Assembly: GCA_036785375.1 (NCBI GenBank)
Contig: JAWMAR010000471.1
Coordinates: 1,178,001 to 1,242,000, forward strand
Reading direction: 5' to 3'
From: Leucoraja ocellata
Taxonomy: Eukaryota
Length of the DNA: 64,000 nucleotides
A program made the translations under genes and the position numbers. How positions within the stretch are numbered: position 1 is the stretch's first letter; each line of letters opens with the position of its first letter. The notes beneath the pieces were generated by a model that worked only from the letters and a program-made list of their open reading frames with translations, was not told where the DNA came from and ran no database searches. Below, in pieces: positions 49,692 through 63,000 of this stretch.

Positions 49692-50949
49692 TTATTTTAA
49701 CTCACACTTTACCGATTTAAATATCTTTCCAGTGCAAATGATCGGATATTTTAGAACACGAAACAGCTCCTCTCTGAACTTGCTCTGGGTCACTGTGTAA
49801 ATGGCCGTGTTGGTGCAGGAGCTCAGCAGCTGAAGCATAAATCCAACCCTTTCCAATCCACCCAAGGGGTTTCCCCAGGCCTTGTGCATAAACACATTCA
49901 AACATCGAACCGCAATAAAGTGTGCGACACTTGTGGCCCAGAGCAGTATGAAGCAGCTCGAGATTGCCAGAAGTAAAACGACCGACCGTCTGCGGTTCAA
50001 CATCTCCTGGTCTTTCTTTTTCTCGCCACCGCTGAGGTCCCGGAGGTTCCTGCGGACCCGACTGGCCACGAAAATACGTCTGACGGTGAGCGCGTTAAAC
50101 AGCAAAATCAGGCAGAATGGAATCACCAGGGTGAACAACTGTTCGGCCCAAGAGAACACTATCCATTCGGGATCAACGAAGAAATATATGAATTTCAGGC
50201 AGCCCACTTCTCTACCCGCACCGTAAAAAGAAGTGTATGCAAAGGGCAAGGGTAGATTTTTGAGGCAGATGAGCGGGCTCACGGTCAGGATAACAATCGT
50301 CGCGGTTCTCTCGGTACAATATTTGGTTTTCATTCTCTGAGTAGAAATCGCAACAAAGCGATCAAAGGTGAAAGCGACTGTGAACCACACAGAACAATTC
50401 ACAGAGACTGATGCCAGGTAGATTGTCATTTTACACACAGGAGTGTAGAGCACGGAGGCATGCCACCAATACATATCAGCAATCCGGTGAAATATCACCT
50501 CACAGAGAATCACGGAGAGGTCCGCGGTCGCCATGGCTACCATGTAACGAGTGATGCATTTGGAGAGGCCGCACTTGCCACGGGACAGGATCAAAATCGC
50601 CATCAGATTCACTGAGAAAGAATGAAACGAGAAACGGATTAATTTTGAGGTGTACAGGTTGGTGGGTGGGAGCAGACGGAGAAAACCGAAGATTTCGGGG
50701 AAACCCCAAAAGGATACGGGGAGCAGTACAATCTCCGTACAGCCAAGCGCTGTAAGACAGTTACTCTAGCGCTGTACCAGCGTGCCGCCCGAACCCCCGC
50801 TGGGCTATTCGCTATGTCCTCTTAACCTTTAATATTCAGGGCTTTTCAAACATGAGATGCGCCGACAATTACCTACCAGGTATACCGATTGCTGCCAGAA
50901 TCGGATAATACACACGTCCAAATTTTACCTCGATCGGAATACCGTGCAT
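49692..50949 (-). CDS. GPR139/142-like GPCR, copy 4; complement(join(49692..50611,50877..50949)), 330 aa
   Basis: Intact ORF. Exon 1 MHGIPIEVKFGRVYYPILAAIGIP, gtaggt donor, tttctcag acceptor, 265-bp intron. Confidence 0.92.
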
Positions 50950-51139
50950 TTTAATACGGGGATCCAGCCGATCACTCCTTGTGCTGCAGCTCAGCGGTTG
51001 TCAGCCAAGCAAACAAATATCTGCCATATTTATAATGTAAATGAAGCGAAAAACAGGCAACGAGATTACATCCCTGTGGACATTACTTACACACTTTTCA
51101 ACAAACATCTACGGTTTTGCATGTAATACTCAAAATCAC

Positions 51140-53920
51140 CTTGTTCTTAAACTGTGCCACCCCCTGGCTCTGCACTCCCCAACATCGGGAACATGGTTCG
51201 CGATTCTAGCGTGTCCAAACCCTTAATAATCTGAAGAAGGGTTTCGGCCCGAAACGTCGCCTATTTCCTTCGCTCCATAGATGCTGCTGCACCCGCTGAG
51301 TTTCTCCAGCTTTTTTGTGTAACCCTTGATAATCATATATGTTTAAATACGAGCCCCTCTCATTCTTCTAAATTCCAGAGTATACAAGATCAGCCGCTCC
51401 ATTCTCTCAGCATGTAACAGCCACACCATCCCGGGAATTAACCTTGTGAACCTACGCTGCATTACCTCAGTAGCAAGAATATTGGACCGGCTAGATGCAG
51501 GAAAATGTTCCGGATATTGAGAGAGTCCAGAAACAGAGGTCCCAGTTTAAGAATAAGCGGTAGGCCATTTAGAAACATAGAAACAGAAAATTCGATGCAC
51601 GAGTAGGCCATTCGGTCCTTCGAGCCAGAACCGTCATTCAATGTCTTCATGGCTGAACATCTAAAATCAGTACCTCGTTCATGTTTGTACCCCATATCCC
51701 TTGATTCCTTTAGTCCCGAGAGCTTAATCTAACGTTCTCTTGCAACGTCCGGTGAAAATTCCTCCACTCTATTCTGTGCCTGAGAATTCCACAGATTTAC
51801 AACTCTCTGGGTGAAAGAGACGTGTCCTCATCTCAGTCCTAAATGGCCTATCCGTATTCTTAAACATTGAACCCTTATTCTCGACTCCACCAACATCGAG
51901 AACATGTTTCCTGCATATTGCCTTGCCAACCCTTTAAGAATTGTATATGTTTCTTTAACATACCCTCTCATCCTTCCAAATGCCAGTGAATACAAGCACA
52001 CTCAACCCATTCTTTCATCATATGGCAGTTCCGCCATCGCGGGAATTAACCTGGAGAACCGATGTTGCACTTCCTCAATAGAAATCATGTCCTTCCACAA
52101 ATTAGGAGGCCAAAATCATTGACAAATGCGGTCTCACAATGGCCCAAAACAACTTAGGACTGAGATGAGGAAAATCTGTTTCTCCCAGAGAGTTGTAAAT
52201 CTGTGGAATGCTCTACCAAGAAGGCCGTGGAGTCCAATTCACTGGAATATTTCACACGAGAGTTAGATTTAGCTCTTCGGGCTAAACGAAACAAGGGATA
52301 TGGGGAGAAAGCAGGAACGGTGTACTGATTTTAAATAGAAACATCGAAACATAGAAATATAGGTGCAGGGAGAGACTATAAGGCCCTTCCAGTCCGCACC
52401 GCCACGATCATAGCTGCTCATCCACAAACAAATACCCGTGCCTTTCTTCTTCCCATGCCCCTGCATTCCGCTAGCCCCAAGACCTCTCGCTGTCTTTTAA
52501 TTTCATCCAGTGAATTGGCCTCCATTGTCTTCTGTGGCAGAGATTTCCACAAATTCACAACTCTCTTGGTGAAAGAGATAATTCTCATCTCAGTTTTAAA
52601 TGACCTCCCCTTTCTTCTAAGACTTTGGCCCCTTTTGCTCCCCCAGCATTAGGAACATTTTTCCTGCATCTAGCTTGTCCAGTACTTTTATAATTTTATA
52701 TGTTTCTATAAGATATTCCCTTCATCCTGCTGAATTCGAATGAATACATGCCCAGTCTTTCTCATATTCCTCAAATGACAGACCTGCCATACCTGGGATT
52801 AACCTTGTAAACTCCGTCAATAGCAAGGAAGTCCTTCCCCTAATTAGGAGACATAAACTGCACACAATATTCAACATGTTGTCTCACCAGTGCCGTGTAC
52901 AACTGCAGAAGGACCTCCTTACTCGTGTAGTCAAATCCGCTCATTATGAAGGCCAACATGCCATTACATTTCTTTACTACCTGCTGTAGAACACCCAGGT
53001 CACGTTCCACTTCCCATTTTCCCCAATTGAAACCATTGAGATAATAATCTACCTCGATGTTCTTGCCGTCAATGTGTATAATCTCGCATTTACCTGCATT
53101 ATACAGCATCTGCCACGTATCTGCCCACTCACTCAACCTATCCAAGTCACCCCGCAACGACCTGACATCCTTTCCGCAGTTCAAACTGTCACCCAGCGTT
53201 GCGTCATCTGCAAATTTGCTCGTGTTTCTTTTAATTCCATAATCTAAATCATTAATATATATTGTCAATAGTTACGGCCCCTGCACCGAGCCTAGCGGCA
53301 CTCCACTCGCCACTGCCTGCCATTCTAACAGGGACCTTCTTGTTCCATTTTACTTGTCACATTCTCAAACATTCCAGATCGGAGTCAAGCAGGATTTCAC
53401 TTCCATAACTCCATGCTGACTTGGACTAATCATTTTACCGCTATCCAAATGCGCCGTTGTTACTATAAAAATTGACTCTGGCATCTTCCCCAGTTCCGAT
53501 ATCAGGCTAACAGGTCTCTAATTTCCCGTTTTCTCTCTCCCTCCTTTCTTGAAAAGTGGGGTAACATTAGCTCCCCTCCAATACACAAGAACTCATCCTG
53601 AAGCTCTAGAACATTGGAAATGATCAAAAAATACGTCCACGATTTCTAGAGCCACTTCCTTGAGTAGTTGTGATGCAAACCATCACACCCTGGGTATTTA
53701 GCAGGCTACAGTCCCATCAGTTTACCCAATGCTATTTCTTGCCCAATGCAAATTTATTTCAGTTCCTCTTTCTCCAGAGACCCTCTGTCCTCTAGTATAC
53801 CTGGGAGATTGTTGTGTCTTCCCTAGCGAAGATAGAACCAAAGTACCTATTCAACTCTTCTGCCATTTCCTTGTTCCCATAATTAATTCACCTGTTTCTG
53901 CCTTCTATGGACTGACATCT
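51140..53920. mobile_element. CR1 mosaic paralogous to 33150-36600, with a short Penelope terminus at ~51231-51320
   Basis: KFADDATL and other CR1 fragments in the same order as duplicon A. Confidence 0.88.
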
Positions 53921-54220
53921 GACTGAATGGTTCAGATGCTCTACTGAACGTCAGAGAAACGTCAAAGCCACGTCAGACGTTTCACATCAGTTTCTGGGCC
54001 ACCAAACAAATCAGCACATTTAACGGACCCCGCCTCTAACTCTCCGTCTATTCGCACATCGATTGGGATTTTTTCAAAAATCCCCAGGACAACGCACTCA
54101 CCGAAACGAACAGACCAGCTGTTGCTCCAGCTCAGTTCTCCGGGATAGGCTGCAGGATCTGTCCGGCGACCTGGGATCCAGACTCTCGTCAAGTAAACCA
54201 TTTATCCCGGAGAAGGCGCG

Positions 54221-54704
54221 ATGGGAATCCTCCTGTTGTTTGTGCTGTCACTCTGCTTACGCCGTGAGTACCGGTCCCCTACTCCCACACAGTGCGGGTT
54301 TAACATAAAACTACTCGCGTCCACTCCGACCTGAATTTCAAACACTGCTCGCGATGTATCCTTCTGTCATGGTTCGCCTGGAAATCCCACTCACCTCTCC
54401 CTGTGTTTTATTTACAGACTCCGTCAGTCAGTCAGTGACCCAGAGCCCGAATGCGGTGGCTGGAAAAGAGTGTGAGCCCGTCACCATCACCTGCCGTTTC
54501 CAAGAAGATTCCAGTGGCAGGTGCGTACGTCGTCAAACACATTTCGTCAAGCGAGCACAACCCGGTGCTGAACCGCAGCAGATCAAAAGAGTTGGACGGT
54601 TTGTTGTGTCGGCCAATAAAAGGAGAATTACCTTGAAAATTCTTGGTTTGAGAGTTGAGGACCTGGGCACATATTACTGTCGAGCTGTGTTAATGTGCAG
54701 GGGG
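54221..54704 (+). CDS. NAR-TCR V gene segment 2: leader 54221..54263, V exon 54418..54704
   Basis: Leader MGILLLFVLSLCLR; open V exon with five Cys; RSS CACAGGG-22-ACAAAAACC at 54705-54742. Confidence 0.88.
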
Positions 54705-55068
54705 CACAGGGATGGGCCAGCGCTTCGCGCAGCACAAAAACCCTCACTGCACATTCTGCTAGCAACGTGAAGACCGGAGGTGAATCCACCGGGTAAACCC
54801 ACGGGCCCGCTTTGTCTCGCCTGTCCTGCATTATGGGTTACACCCGATGAAATGCGTGCGATTGAAACAATGGGGTTTTCTCCATTTGGCGAGTGCGGCT
54901 CGATAATGCCCCCTGTACCGAATATGGTGTAAACGAACTGCCATCGAGAATGACTGTCCACTCTTCTGATGCACAACTCCAGACTGGATCCAGTTACAGA
55001 AACTGCAATCTGAAAAATGCATTCGCTGAACCTTAATCTCCTGCCGGCCCGTCTCGCCGGACGCCTGG

Positions 55069-55140
55069 GGATTTGAAAGTGACGTGTAACAACGTGTGGC
55101 AGTCGGGCTATCCACAGTGTAGGAGAGTCGAGTAAAAACT
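55069..55140 (+). other. D segment 2 (55097..55112 TGGCAGTCGGGCTATC) with 12/12 RSSs
   Basis: Same RSS pair as D1. Confidence 0.85.
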
Positions 55141-55451
55141 CACCCCATTCAAGATATATATTCTTGGGTTCCGGAACCAAAATATAACGATTATTGTTCG
55201 TGACGCTGTAGTCCAGATAAATTACACAGGGATTACCACATTCCTTTAACATTCCTTAATAATTGGTTCCCTGTTTCTCAAAGCACACAAGCCTGCGTGT
55301 TGGAGATCACTCTGCTCTTAGCTCTGTTTCTTAGCGGGAACCGGTCGACCCACCGAGGATTGGAGAACAAGGCCAGTAACTGGTTGGTCTGAAACTCCTG
55401 GAATAATTGGACACCGATTCTAATGGTAGCCGGGCAAATAGAGGTGAGGAC

Positions 55452-55533
55452 TGTTCTTGCACTACGAGCATCGAGAGACGGGGCACTGTGCGCTATCAGT
55501 ATGGGTCGGGGACTACGGTGACTGTCACAGCCG
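55452..55533 (+). other. J segment 2 (55491..55533, RYQYGSGTTVTVTA) with 23-RSS
   Basis: TGTTCTTGC-23-CACTGTG; IgNAR-like YGxGT motif; G|GTAAG donor. Confidence 0.92.
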
Positions 55534-56027
55534 GTAAGTACCGTAAACCTCTCTTATCCACGGTTGTTCTTGGAAATATTCGGTTCTCTTTAAAATTGTA
55601 TCACGAGGCATCAATTGCTTTCCAATTGAAACAGATTCCAGTGCCAGAAACTTGGGCTAGATGTTACGGTACACGTGAGTCCAATGAGAGAATATGTCGG
55701 GCTCCCCGGGAGCACAAAGTTAATCAGGTTGAAGAATAGCTTCTTCCCCAAAATCATCAGGATCGGGAACACCATACCGTGCTAACCACAGCTATGGATT
55801 CTAGGCAGCCACAAGCAAATGCGGACGCTGACATCGGATTCTGAAGTCTAGATTCTAAATTTCGGCTATCAATGTTCTCCTGAAATGCTGCCTGACCCGC
55901 GGAGTTATTCCTACCACCAAACCGCCGGCTTGCTCCAAAACACTGCGCCAATTCACCCTCTTGGTCTACCAGTTACTGCAGCACTTTGTGTTCATAAACT
56001 TTTCATTATTGTCTCTGGTTATACAAG

Positions 56028-57040
56028 CATAGAAACATAGAAATTAGGTGCAGGAGTAGGCCATTCGGCCCTTCGAGCCTGCACCGCCATTCAATATCAT
56101 CATGGCTGATCATCCAACTCAGTATCCCGTACCTGCCTTCTCTTCATACCCTCTGATCCTCTTGGCCATAAGGGCCACATCTAACTCCCTCTTAAATATA
56201 GCCAATGCACTGGCCTCAACTACCCTCTGTGGCAGAGAATTCCAGAGATGCACCACTCTCTGTGTGAAAAAAGTTCTCCTCATCTCGGTTTTAAACGATT
56301 CCCCACTTATCCTTAAGCTGTGACCCCATGTCCTGGACTTCCTCAACATCTGGAACAATCTTCCTGCATCTAGCTTGTCCACCCCCTTAAGAATGTTGTA
56401 AGTTTCTATAAGATCCCCTCTCAATCTCCTAAATTCTAGAGAGTATAAACCAAGTCTATCCAGTCTTTCTTCATAAGACTGTCTAGACATCCCAGGAATC
56501 AGTCTGGTGAACCTTCTCTGCACTCCCTCTGTGGCAATAATGTCCTTCCTCAGATTTGGAGACCAACACTGTACGCAATACTCCAGGTGTGGTCTCACCA
56601 AGACCCTGTACAGCTGCAGTAGAACCGCCCTGCTCCTATACTCAAACCCTTTTGCTATGAAAGCCAACATACCATTCGCTTTTTTTACTGCCTGCTGCAC
56701 CTGCATGCATACCTTCAATGACTGGTGTACCATGACACCCAGGTCTCGCTGCATCTCCCCCTTTCCCAATCGGCCACCATTTAGATAATAGTCTGCTTTC
56801 CCGTTTCTGTACCAAAATGGATAACCTCGCATTTATGTAGGTAGTTGAGGACAGTTAATTGGCTATATTTAAGAGGGAGTTACATGTGGACCGTGTGGCT
56901 AAAGATATCAGGGGGTATTGAGAGAAGGCAGGTACAAGATACTGTGTTGGATGATCAGCCTTGATCATATTGAATGGCGGTGTTGGCTTGCGGGGCCGAA
57001 TGGCCTACTCCTGCACCTATTTTCTATGTTTCTATGTTTC
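56028..57040. mobile_element. Young CR1 3' fragment (-, 237-aa ORF 56119..56832) abutting a + strand CR1 tail
   Basis: RPHLEYCVQ, RRLRGDLIE; GAAACATA tails at both outer ends. Confidence 0.92.
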
Positions 57041-58486
57041 TAGCAGAAAATTTGATACAGGATTAGGCCATACTGTCCTTCGAGCCAGCGCCACCATTCA
57101 ATGTCGTCATGGCTGATCATCTAAAATCAGTACCTCGTTCCTGTTTTTACCCCATATCCCTCGATTCCTTTTCGTCCCAAGAGCTAAATCTAACTCTCTT
57201 GAAACATCCAGTGAATATTCTGTGCCAGAGAATTCCACAGATTTACAACTCTCTGGGTGAAAGATATGTGCCCTCACCTCAGTCCCAAATGGCCTATCCT
57301 TATTCTTAAACTGTGAATCCTTATTCTGGACTCCACCAACATTGGGAACATGTTTCCTGCATCTAGCCTATCCAACCCTTTAAGAATTGTATATGTTTCT
57401 ATAAAATCCCCTCTCGTCCTTCAAAATCCCCTCTCGTCCTTCGGTGAATACAAGCCCTATCATCCTATTCATTCATCATATGTCAGTCCCGCCATCGCGG
57501 GAATTATCCTGGAGAACCGATGCTGCACTTCCTCAATAGCAATCATGTCCTTCCACAAATTAGGAGACCAAAATCGCTCACAAAAGCGGTCTCATAAGGG
57601 CCCAAGACAACTTAGGACTGATATGAGGAAAATCTGTTTCACCCAGAGAGTTGTGAATCTGTGGAATGCTCTACCACAGAGGCAGTAGAGGAAAATTCAC
57701 TGGAAGATTTCACGAGACAGTTAGATTTAGCTCTTTGGGGCTAAAATAAACAAGGGATATGGGGAGAAAGCAGGAACGGGGTACTGATTTTAAATAGAAA
57801 CTTCAAAACACAGAAGATAGGTGCACGAGGAGGCTATATGGCCCTTCGAGTCAGCACCGCCATGCATATTGATCATGGCTGCTCATCCACTATCAGTAAC
57901 ACGTGCCTGCCTTCTCCTCATTCCTCTTGGTTCACCCAGCCCCAAGAGCTCTATCTGGATCTATTTTAATTTCATCCAGCGAATTGGCCTCCATTGCCTT
58001 CTGTGGTAGACATTTCCACAAATTCACAACTCACTGGGTGAAAAAAGATTTTCCCCATCTCAGTTTTAAATGATCTCCCCTTTACTCTTAGTCTGTGCAT
58101 TCTGGTTCTGGACCCCGCCAGCATTTTGAACATCGTTCCTGCATCTAGCTTGACCAGTCCTTTTATAATTGTTTCTGTTTCTGCAAGATATCCCCTCATC
58201 CTTCTAAATTCCAGTGAATACATAGAAACATAGAAAATAGGACTGTGCGTCCACCCTATCTACTCCCCTCATTGTTCAGCTGCCTGAATGGTTGAGATGG
58301 TCAACTGGACGTCAGAGAAACGTCAGAGCCACATCAGATTCTAGGCCACCAAGCAAAGCAACAGGTTTAAGGATCCCCTTCTCAAACTCTCTGTCTCCTC
58401 GCACATCGATTGGGATTCTTTCAAACGTTACCAGTACACCCCCCGCAGCGAAACGAACAGGCCATCTGAGGTGCCCGCTCAGTTCT

Positions 58487-58657
58487 AAGAGGGAGTTAGA
58501 TGTGGCCCTTGTGGCTAAGGGGATCAGGGGATATGGAGAGAAGGCAGGTACGGGATAGTGAGTTGGATGATCAGCCATGATCATATTGAATGGCGGTCCA
58601 GGCTCGAAGGGCCGAATGGCCTACTCCTGCACCTAATTTCTATGTTTCTATGTTTCT
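58487..58657 (+). mobile_element. Short CR1 tail inserted in the cassette-3 promoter region
   Basis: Interrupts ctcagttct|ccgggatagg, which is contiguous in cassettes 1 and 2. Confidence 0.92.
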
Positions 58658-58740
58658 CCGGGATAGGCTGCAGGATCTGTCGGGAGACCTGGTTTTCCAG
58701 CCTCTCGTCACGTGAACCATTTATTCCCGGATACGGTGCG

Positions 58741-58776
58741 ATGGGAATCATCCTGTTGTTTGTGCTGTCGCCATGA
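58741..58776 (+). pseudogene. Inactivated leader exon of NAR-TCR cassette 3
   Basis: 11-bp deletion (actctgcttac) and donor GTGAGT>ATGAGT; reads MGIILLFVLSP*. Confidence 0.9.
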
Positions 58777-58926
58777 GTACCGGCCCCCTACTCCCACACA
58801 GTGCGGGTTTAACATAAAACAACTCGAGTCCAGTCCGACCTGAATTTCAAACACTGCCCGCGATGTATCCTTCTGCCGTGGTTCGCCTGGAATTCCCACT
58901 CACCTCTCCCTGTGTTTCATCTACAG

Positions 58927-59219
58927 ACGCCGTCAGTCAGTCAGTGACCCAGAGCCCGAATGCGGTGACTGGAAAAGAGTGTGAGTCCGTCACCATCACC
59001 TGCCTTTTCCAAGAAGGTTCCAGTGGCAGCTACGAATTAAATGTAGGACATTTCTTCAAGCAAGCACAACCCGGTGCTAAACGGCAGCGGATCACAACAG
59101 GTGGACGGTTTGTTGGGTCAACCAATAAAACGGAAAATACGTTTACGTTGAAAATTCTTAGTTTGAGAGTTGAGGACACGGCCACATATTACTGTCAAGC
59201 TGAATACAGGTGCAAAACA
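58927..59219 (+). CDS. NAR-TCR V exon 3 (open frame, no functional leader)
   Basis: Acceptor ctacag; ..GKECESVTITC..EDTATYYCQAEYRCKT; RSS CACAGTG-22-ACAAAAACC at 59220-59257. Confidence 0.85.
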
Positions 59220-59582
59220 CACAGTGATGGGCCTGCGGTTCCAGCAATACAAAAACCCTGACGGCAGATTCTAGTGGCAACGTGAAGATACGATGTGAAT
59301 CCACCGGGTAAACCCACGGGCCCGCTTTGTCCCGCCTGCCCTGCATTCTGGGTTGTACCGGATGAAATGCGTGCGATTCAAACAATGGGGTTTCTCTATT
59401 TGGCGAGTGCGGCTGAATAATGCCCCCTGTACCGAATATGGTGTAAACGAACTGCCATCGAGAATGACTGACCACTCTTCTGATGCACAACTCCAGACGG
59501 GATCCAGATACGCAAACTCCAATCTGAAAAATGCATTCGCTGAACGTTAATCTCCTGCCCGCCCGTCTCGCCGGGAGCCTGG

Positions 59583-59654
59583 GGATTTGAAAGTGACGTG
59601 TAACAACGTGTGGCAGTTGGGATATCCACAGTGTTGAAGAGTCGAGTAAAAACT
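59583..59654 (+). other. D segment 3 (59611..59626 TGGCAGTTGGGATATC) with 12/12 RSSs
   Basis: Same RSS pair as D1 and D2. Confidence 0.85.
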
Positions 59655-59965
59655 CACTCCATTCAAGATATATATTCTTGGGTTCCGGAACCAAAATCAT
59701 ACGATTATTGTTCGTGACGCTGTCGTCCAGATAAATTACACAGGGATTACCACATTCCATTAACATTCCTTAATAATTGTTTCCCTGTTTGTCAAAACAC
59801 ACCGGCCTGCGTGTGGGAGATCATTCTGCTCTTAGCTCTGTTTTTTAGCTGGAACCGGTCGACCCACCGAGGATTGGGGAGCAAGGACAGTAACTGGTTG
59901 GTCTGAAAGTCCTTGAATAATTGGACAGCGATTCTAATGGTTGCCGGGCAAATCGCGGTGTGAAC

Positions 59966-60061
59966 TGTTCTTGTACGGCGAGCATCGAGAGACGGGGCAC
60001 TGTGGACGATTGGGACACTACTATCAGGATGGGACGGGGACGATGGTGACTGTCACAGCCG
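59966..60061 (+). other. J segment 3 (60005..60061, RLGHYYQDGTGTMVTVTA) with 23-RSS
   Basis: TGTTCTTGT-23-CACTGTG; G|GTAAG donor. Confidence 0.9.
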
Positions 60062-63000
60062 GTAAGTACCCTAAACCGTCTCGATTAATATTGGATAATG
60101 AGGCATGAATTGCTTTCCAATTGAAACAGATTCTATTGATAAAAGTTTCCAGCAACTTGGTCAAGATGTTACGGTACGCGTGAGTCCGATGAGAGGATAT
60201 GTGGGGCTCGCCTACATCAGGTTCAAGAATAGCTTATTCCCCAAAAGCATCAGGGTCTGGAACATCACACAGAGCTAACCACAGCTGTGGATTTCCAGGC
60301 AGACACAAGGATGCTGATATTGGGCTCTGAAATCTAGAAACCAAATGTCGGCTACCAATGTTCTCCGGAAATGCTGTCTGACCTGCGGAGTTATTCCTAC
60401 CCACAAACCGCCGACTTGCAACCTGTCACCACGCTGGCTCCAGAGCACTATCCAGAGGTGCGCGAATCCACGCTGAATCTCAATCAAATCTCAATCAGAG
60501 TGATAAGTAATGTGGGATATTTTCTGTTGGGAACAGTTAATAAGATCACAAGACATAGAAGCAGAATCTGTTTATTCGGATAATTGTGTCTGATCCGCCA
60601 TTCGATCATGGCTTAATATTTTACTCCTCCCAACCTCATTCGCTTGCCTTCTGCCTGTAACGTTTGACGCCGTTATTATCAAGAAACTGTTAATCTCGGC
60701 TTTCAAAATACCCACTGAATTAACTTCTCCAATTTCTGGTCCCAGCTTTCTCCTCCTCTTCCCATCTCTCCCTCAGCCCACTGTCTCCACCTCTTCCTTT
60801 CTTCAACGCCCCCCCCCCCCCCCCCCCCCCATCACAGATTAGCCTGAAGAAGGATCTCGAACCGAAACATTGCCTATTTCCTTCGCTCGCTTCACCAAAT
60901 GTGATCAAATCGGTGCATTAATAACATCGACATTACATCCCGGCTTTTATATTCTAGTCATCTCGAAATAAATGCCAACATTTAAAGAGTCTCCCTCACC
61001 GCCGATCCACTCTACAAAGTCACATTTTGGAATTCCCGCACCAACATTCCCAAGTCCCTTTGAACCTCCATTTCTGAATTCCCTCCCCATTTAGAAAATT
61101 ATCGACGTCGGTATTCCTTCCGCCAAAGTGCATGCCCCTATAGTGTGCTGTGTAGTATTCCATCTGCCACTTATTTACCCCCCTCTCCCACCCTGTTCAA
61201 GTAACTCTGCAGACTCCATGCTTACTGTACACTACCTGCCCCTTCACCTATTTTTGGCATCGTCCGCGAGATCAGCCGACAATCCATCAATTTCATCATC
61301 CAGATCGTAAACATACAACGGGGAAAGTAGTGGACCCAACATTGACCCATTAGTCAAAGGCAGCAAGCGGAAAATATCACTTCTATTCCAATATTTTGCC
61401 CTGCAACAACAGCCTATCCTCTGTCCAGGCTGAAACCTCATCTCTAACACCAATACTCCAATTTTAATTATCCGCTTCGCGTCCGGCACCAAGAAAGCTG
61501 CATTTCTGACTTTCCTTTGTCCATCCTGCTTGTTGCTATCACAGACAATTTCAACAGGGGCAAGGACCCCCCCCCCCTGACTAGTTCTCGCTGACTTGCA
61601 AATTGTATCATGTGCTTCCAGATAGCACTGAACCGCATTTTTAATAATCGTCTCAAAAATCTTACCAACTATTGAAGTCATGCTAACCGCCTTATAATTA
61701 CAACTGGCTTATGAATGTATCCCATAAAATCTATGGGATTGATCCACGCCCGCTGTGAGCGAAAGCCTGGGAAACAATCTATTTCTTACTCCAAGAAACA
61801 GAGGGAGGTTGGCGGGAGAGTAGATGGGCTGTGAGTGAAGCTGAACCCTCTGTAAAGATTCCACTAACTGAAATCAAACGACAGCTGGCAGACTTGTTGA
61901 AACGGTTCTCTGGAGGGGGGAAATATGAACCGCAAGCAGCAAAAAGCGGGCGACCAAGATTGAAAACCAAAACTGTTCTTCAATTAAACGAAAGTAAAAT
62001 GTAGAAGGACGTGGCCCAGTGAAGCAAAAAAAACAAAACAACTCTTGATACATAAAGGGCAAAGCATTTATCCCGGGTTGTGTAAATTCCACTTAAAATA
62101 TGACCTTTCAGTTGTTGAACACAGAAGGCTGTGGAGGCCAAGTCAGGGGGAAAATAAGGCAGCGATAGATATATTTTTGATTAGTCGAAGCGTCGGAGGT
62201 TTTGACATTGCGGAGAAGGCAGGAGAATGGGGTTCGGAGGGTGACATTGTTCAGCCATTATTGAAAGGCTGAGTGGACCTGATGGGCCGAATGGCCTAAT
62301 TACACCGTTGAAACTTGACTATATCCAGGAAAGGATACACTTCAGTCAAGCTGTGGGGAGAATGACTAGTTCTATTGTTTTAACGCCAAGAACCAATTAC
62401 AAAATGCTAGAGAACCGACAAAGGTAATTTGTCTCATTCACCGGATCCCGACTCACTGAATCAGCTCCACTATTATCCCGTGCTCGCTTTGATTGTTCCC
62501 ACAGCCTGGAATATTTCCAATTTCACTTTCATAATCAGAGTTTGACCTCGCGGATATTCGTCAGTGATTTTCTTCACGGTGGCACAACGGTAACGGCGGA
62601 GGTGCTGCCTAACAGCGCGTTTAGCACCAGAGACCCGAGTCCGATCCAGACTCCGGGTGTTGTTGGTACGGAGTTTGTATGTTCTCCACATAATCTGTGT
62701 GGGTTTTCTCCGAGATCTAGGGTTTCTTCCCACACTCCAAATATGGACAGTTTTGAAGGGTTATTGGCGCTCTATAAATGTAAATATTCCATCGTGTGTG
62801 TAGGATAGTGTTAATGTGCGGGGATTGCAGGGAGGCGCGGACTTGGTGGGCCGAAGGGCCCGTTTCCGCGCTGTGTCCATAAACTAAACTAAACTGAACT
62901 GAACTAATGTAAACTAAACCAAACTATACTAAAGTAAACTAACCTAAACGAAATTAAATCTCCACTCGTCGAGGGAACAATTAAAGGATCCATAAATAAC

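Noticed and set aside
53746-53753. ATGCAAAT octamer upstream of V2
   Set aside because: Lies within a CR1 fragment and is not at this position relative to V1 or V3.
54674-55252. 192-aa minus-strand ORF (and the 202-aa paralog at 59158..59766)
   Set aside because: Antisense to the V-D spacer, broken in cassette 1, no recognisable domain. Shared only because of recent duplication.
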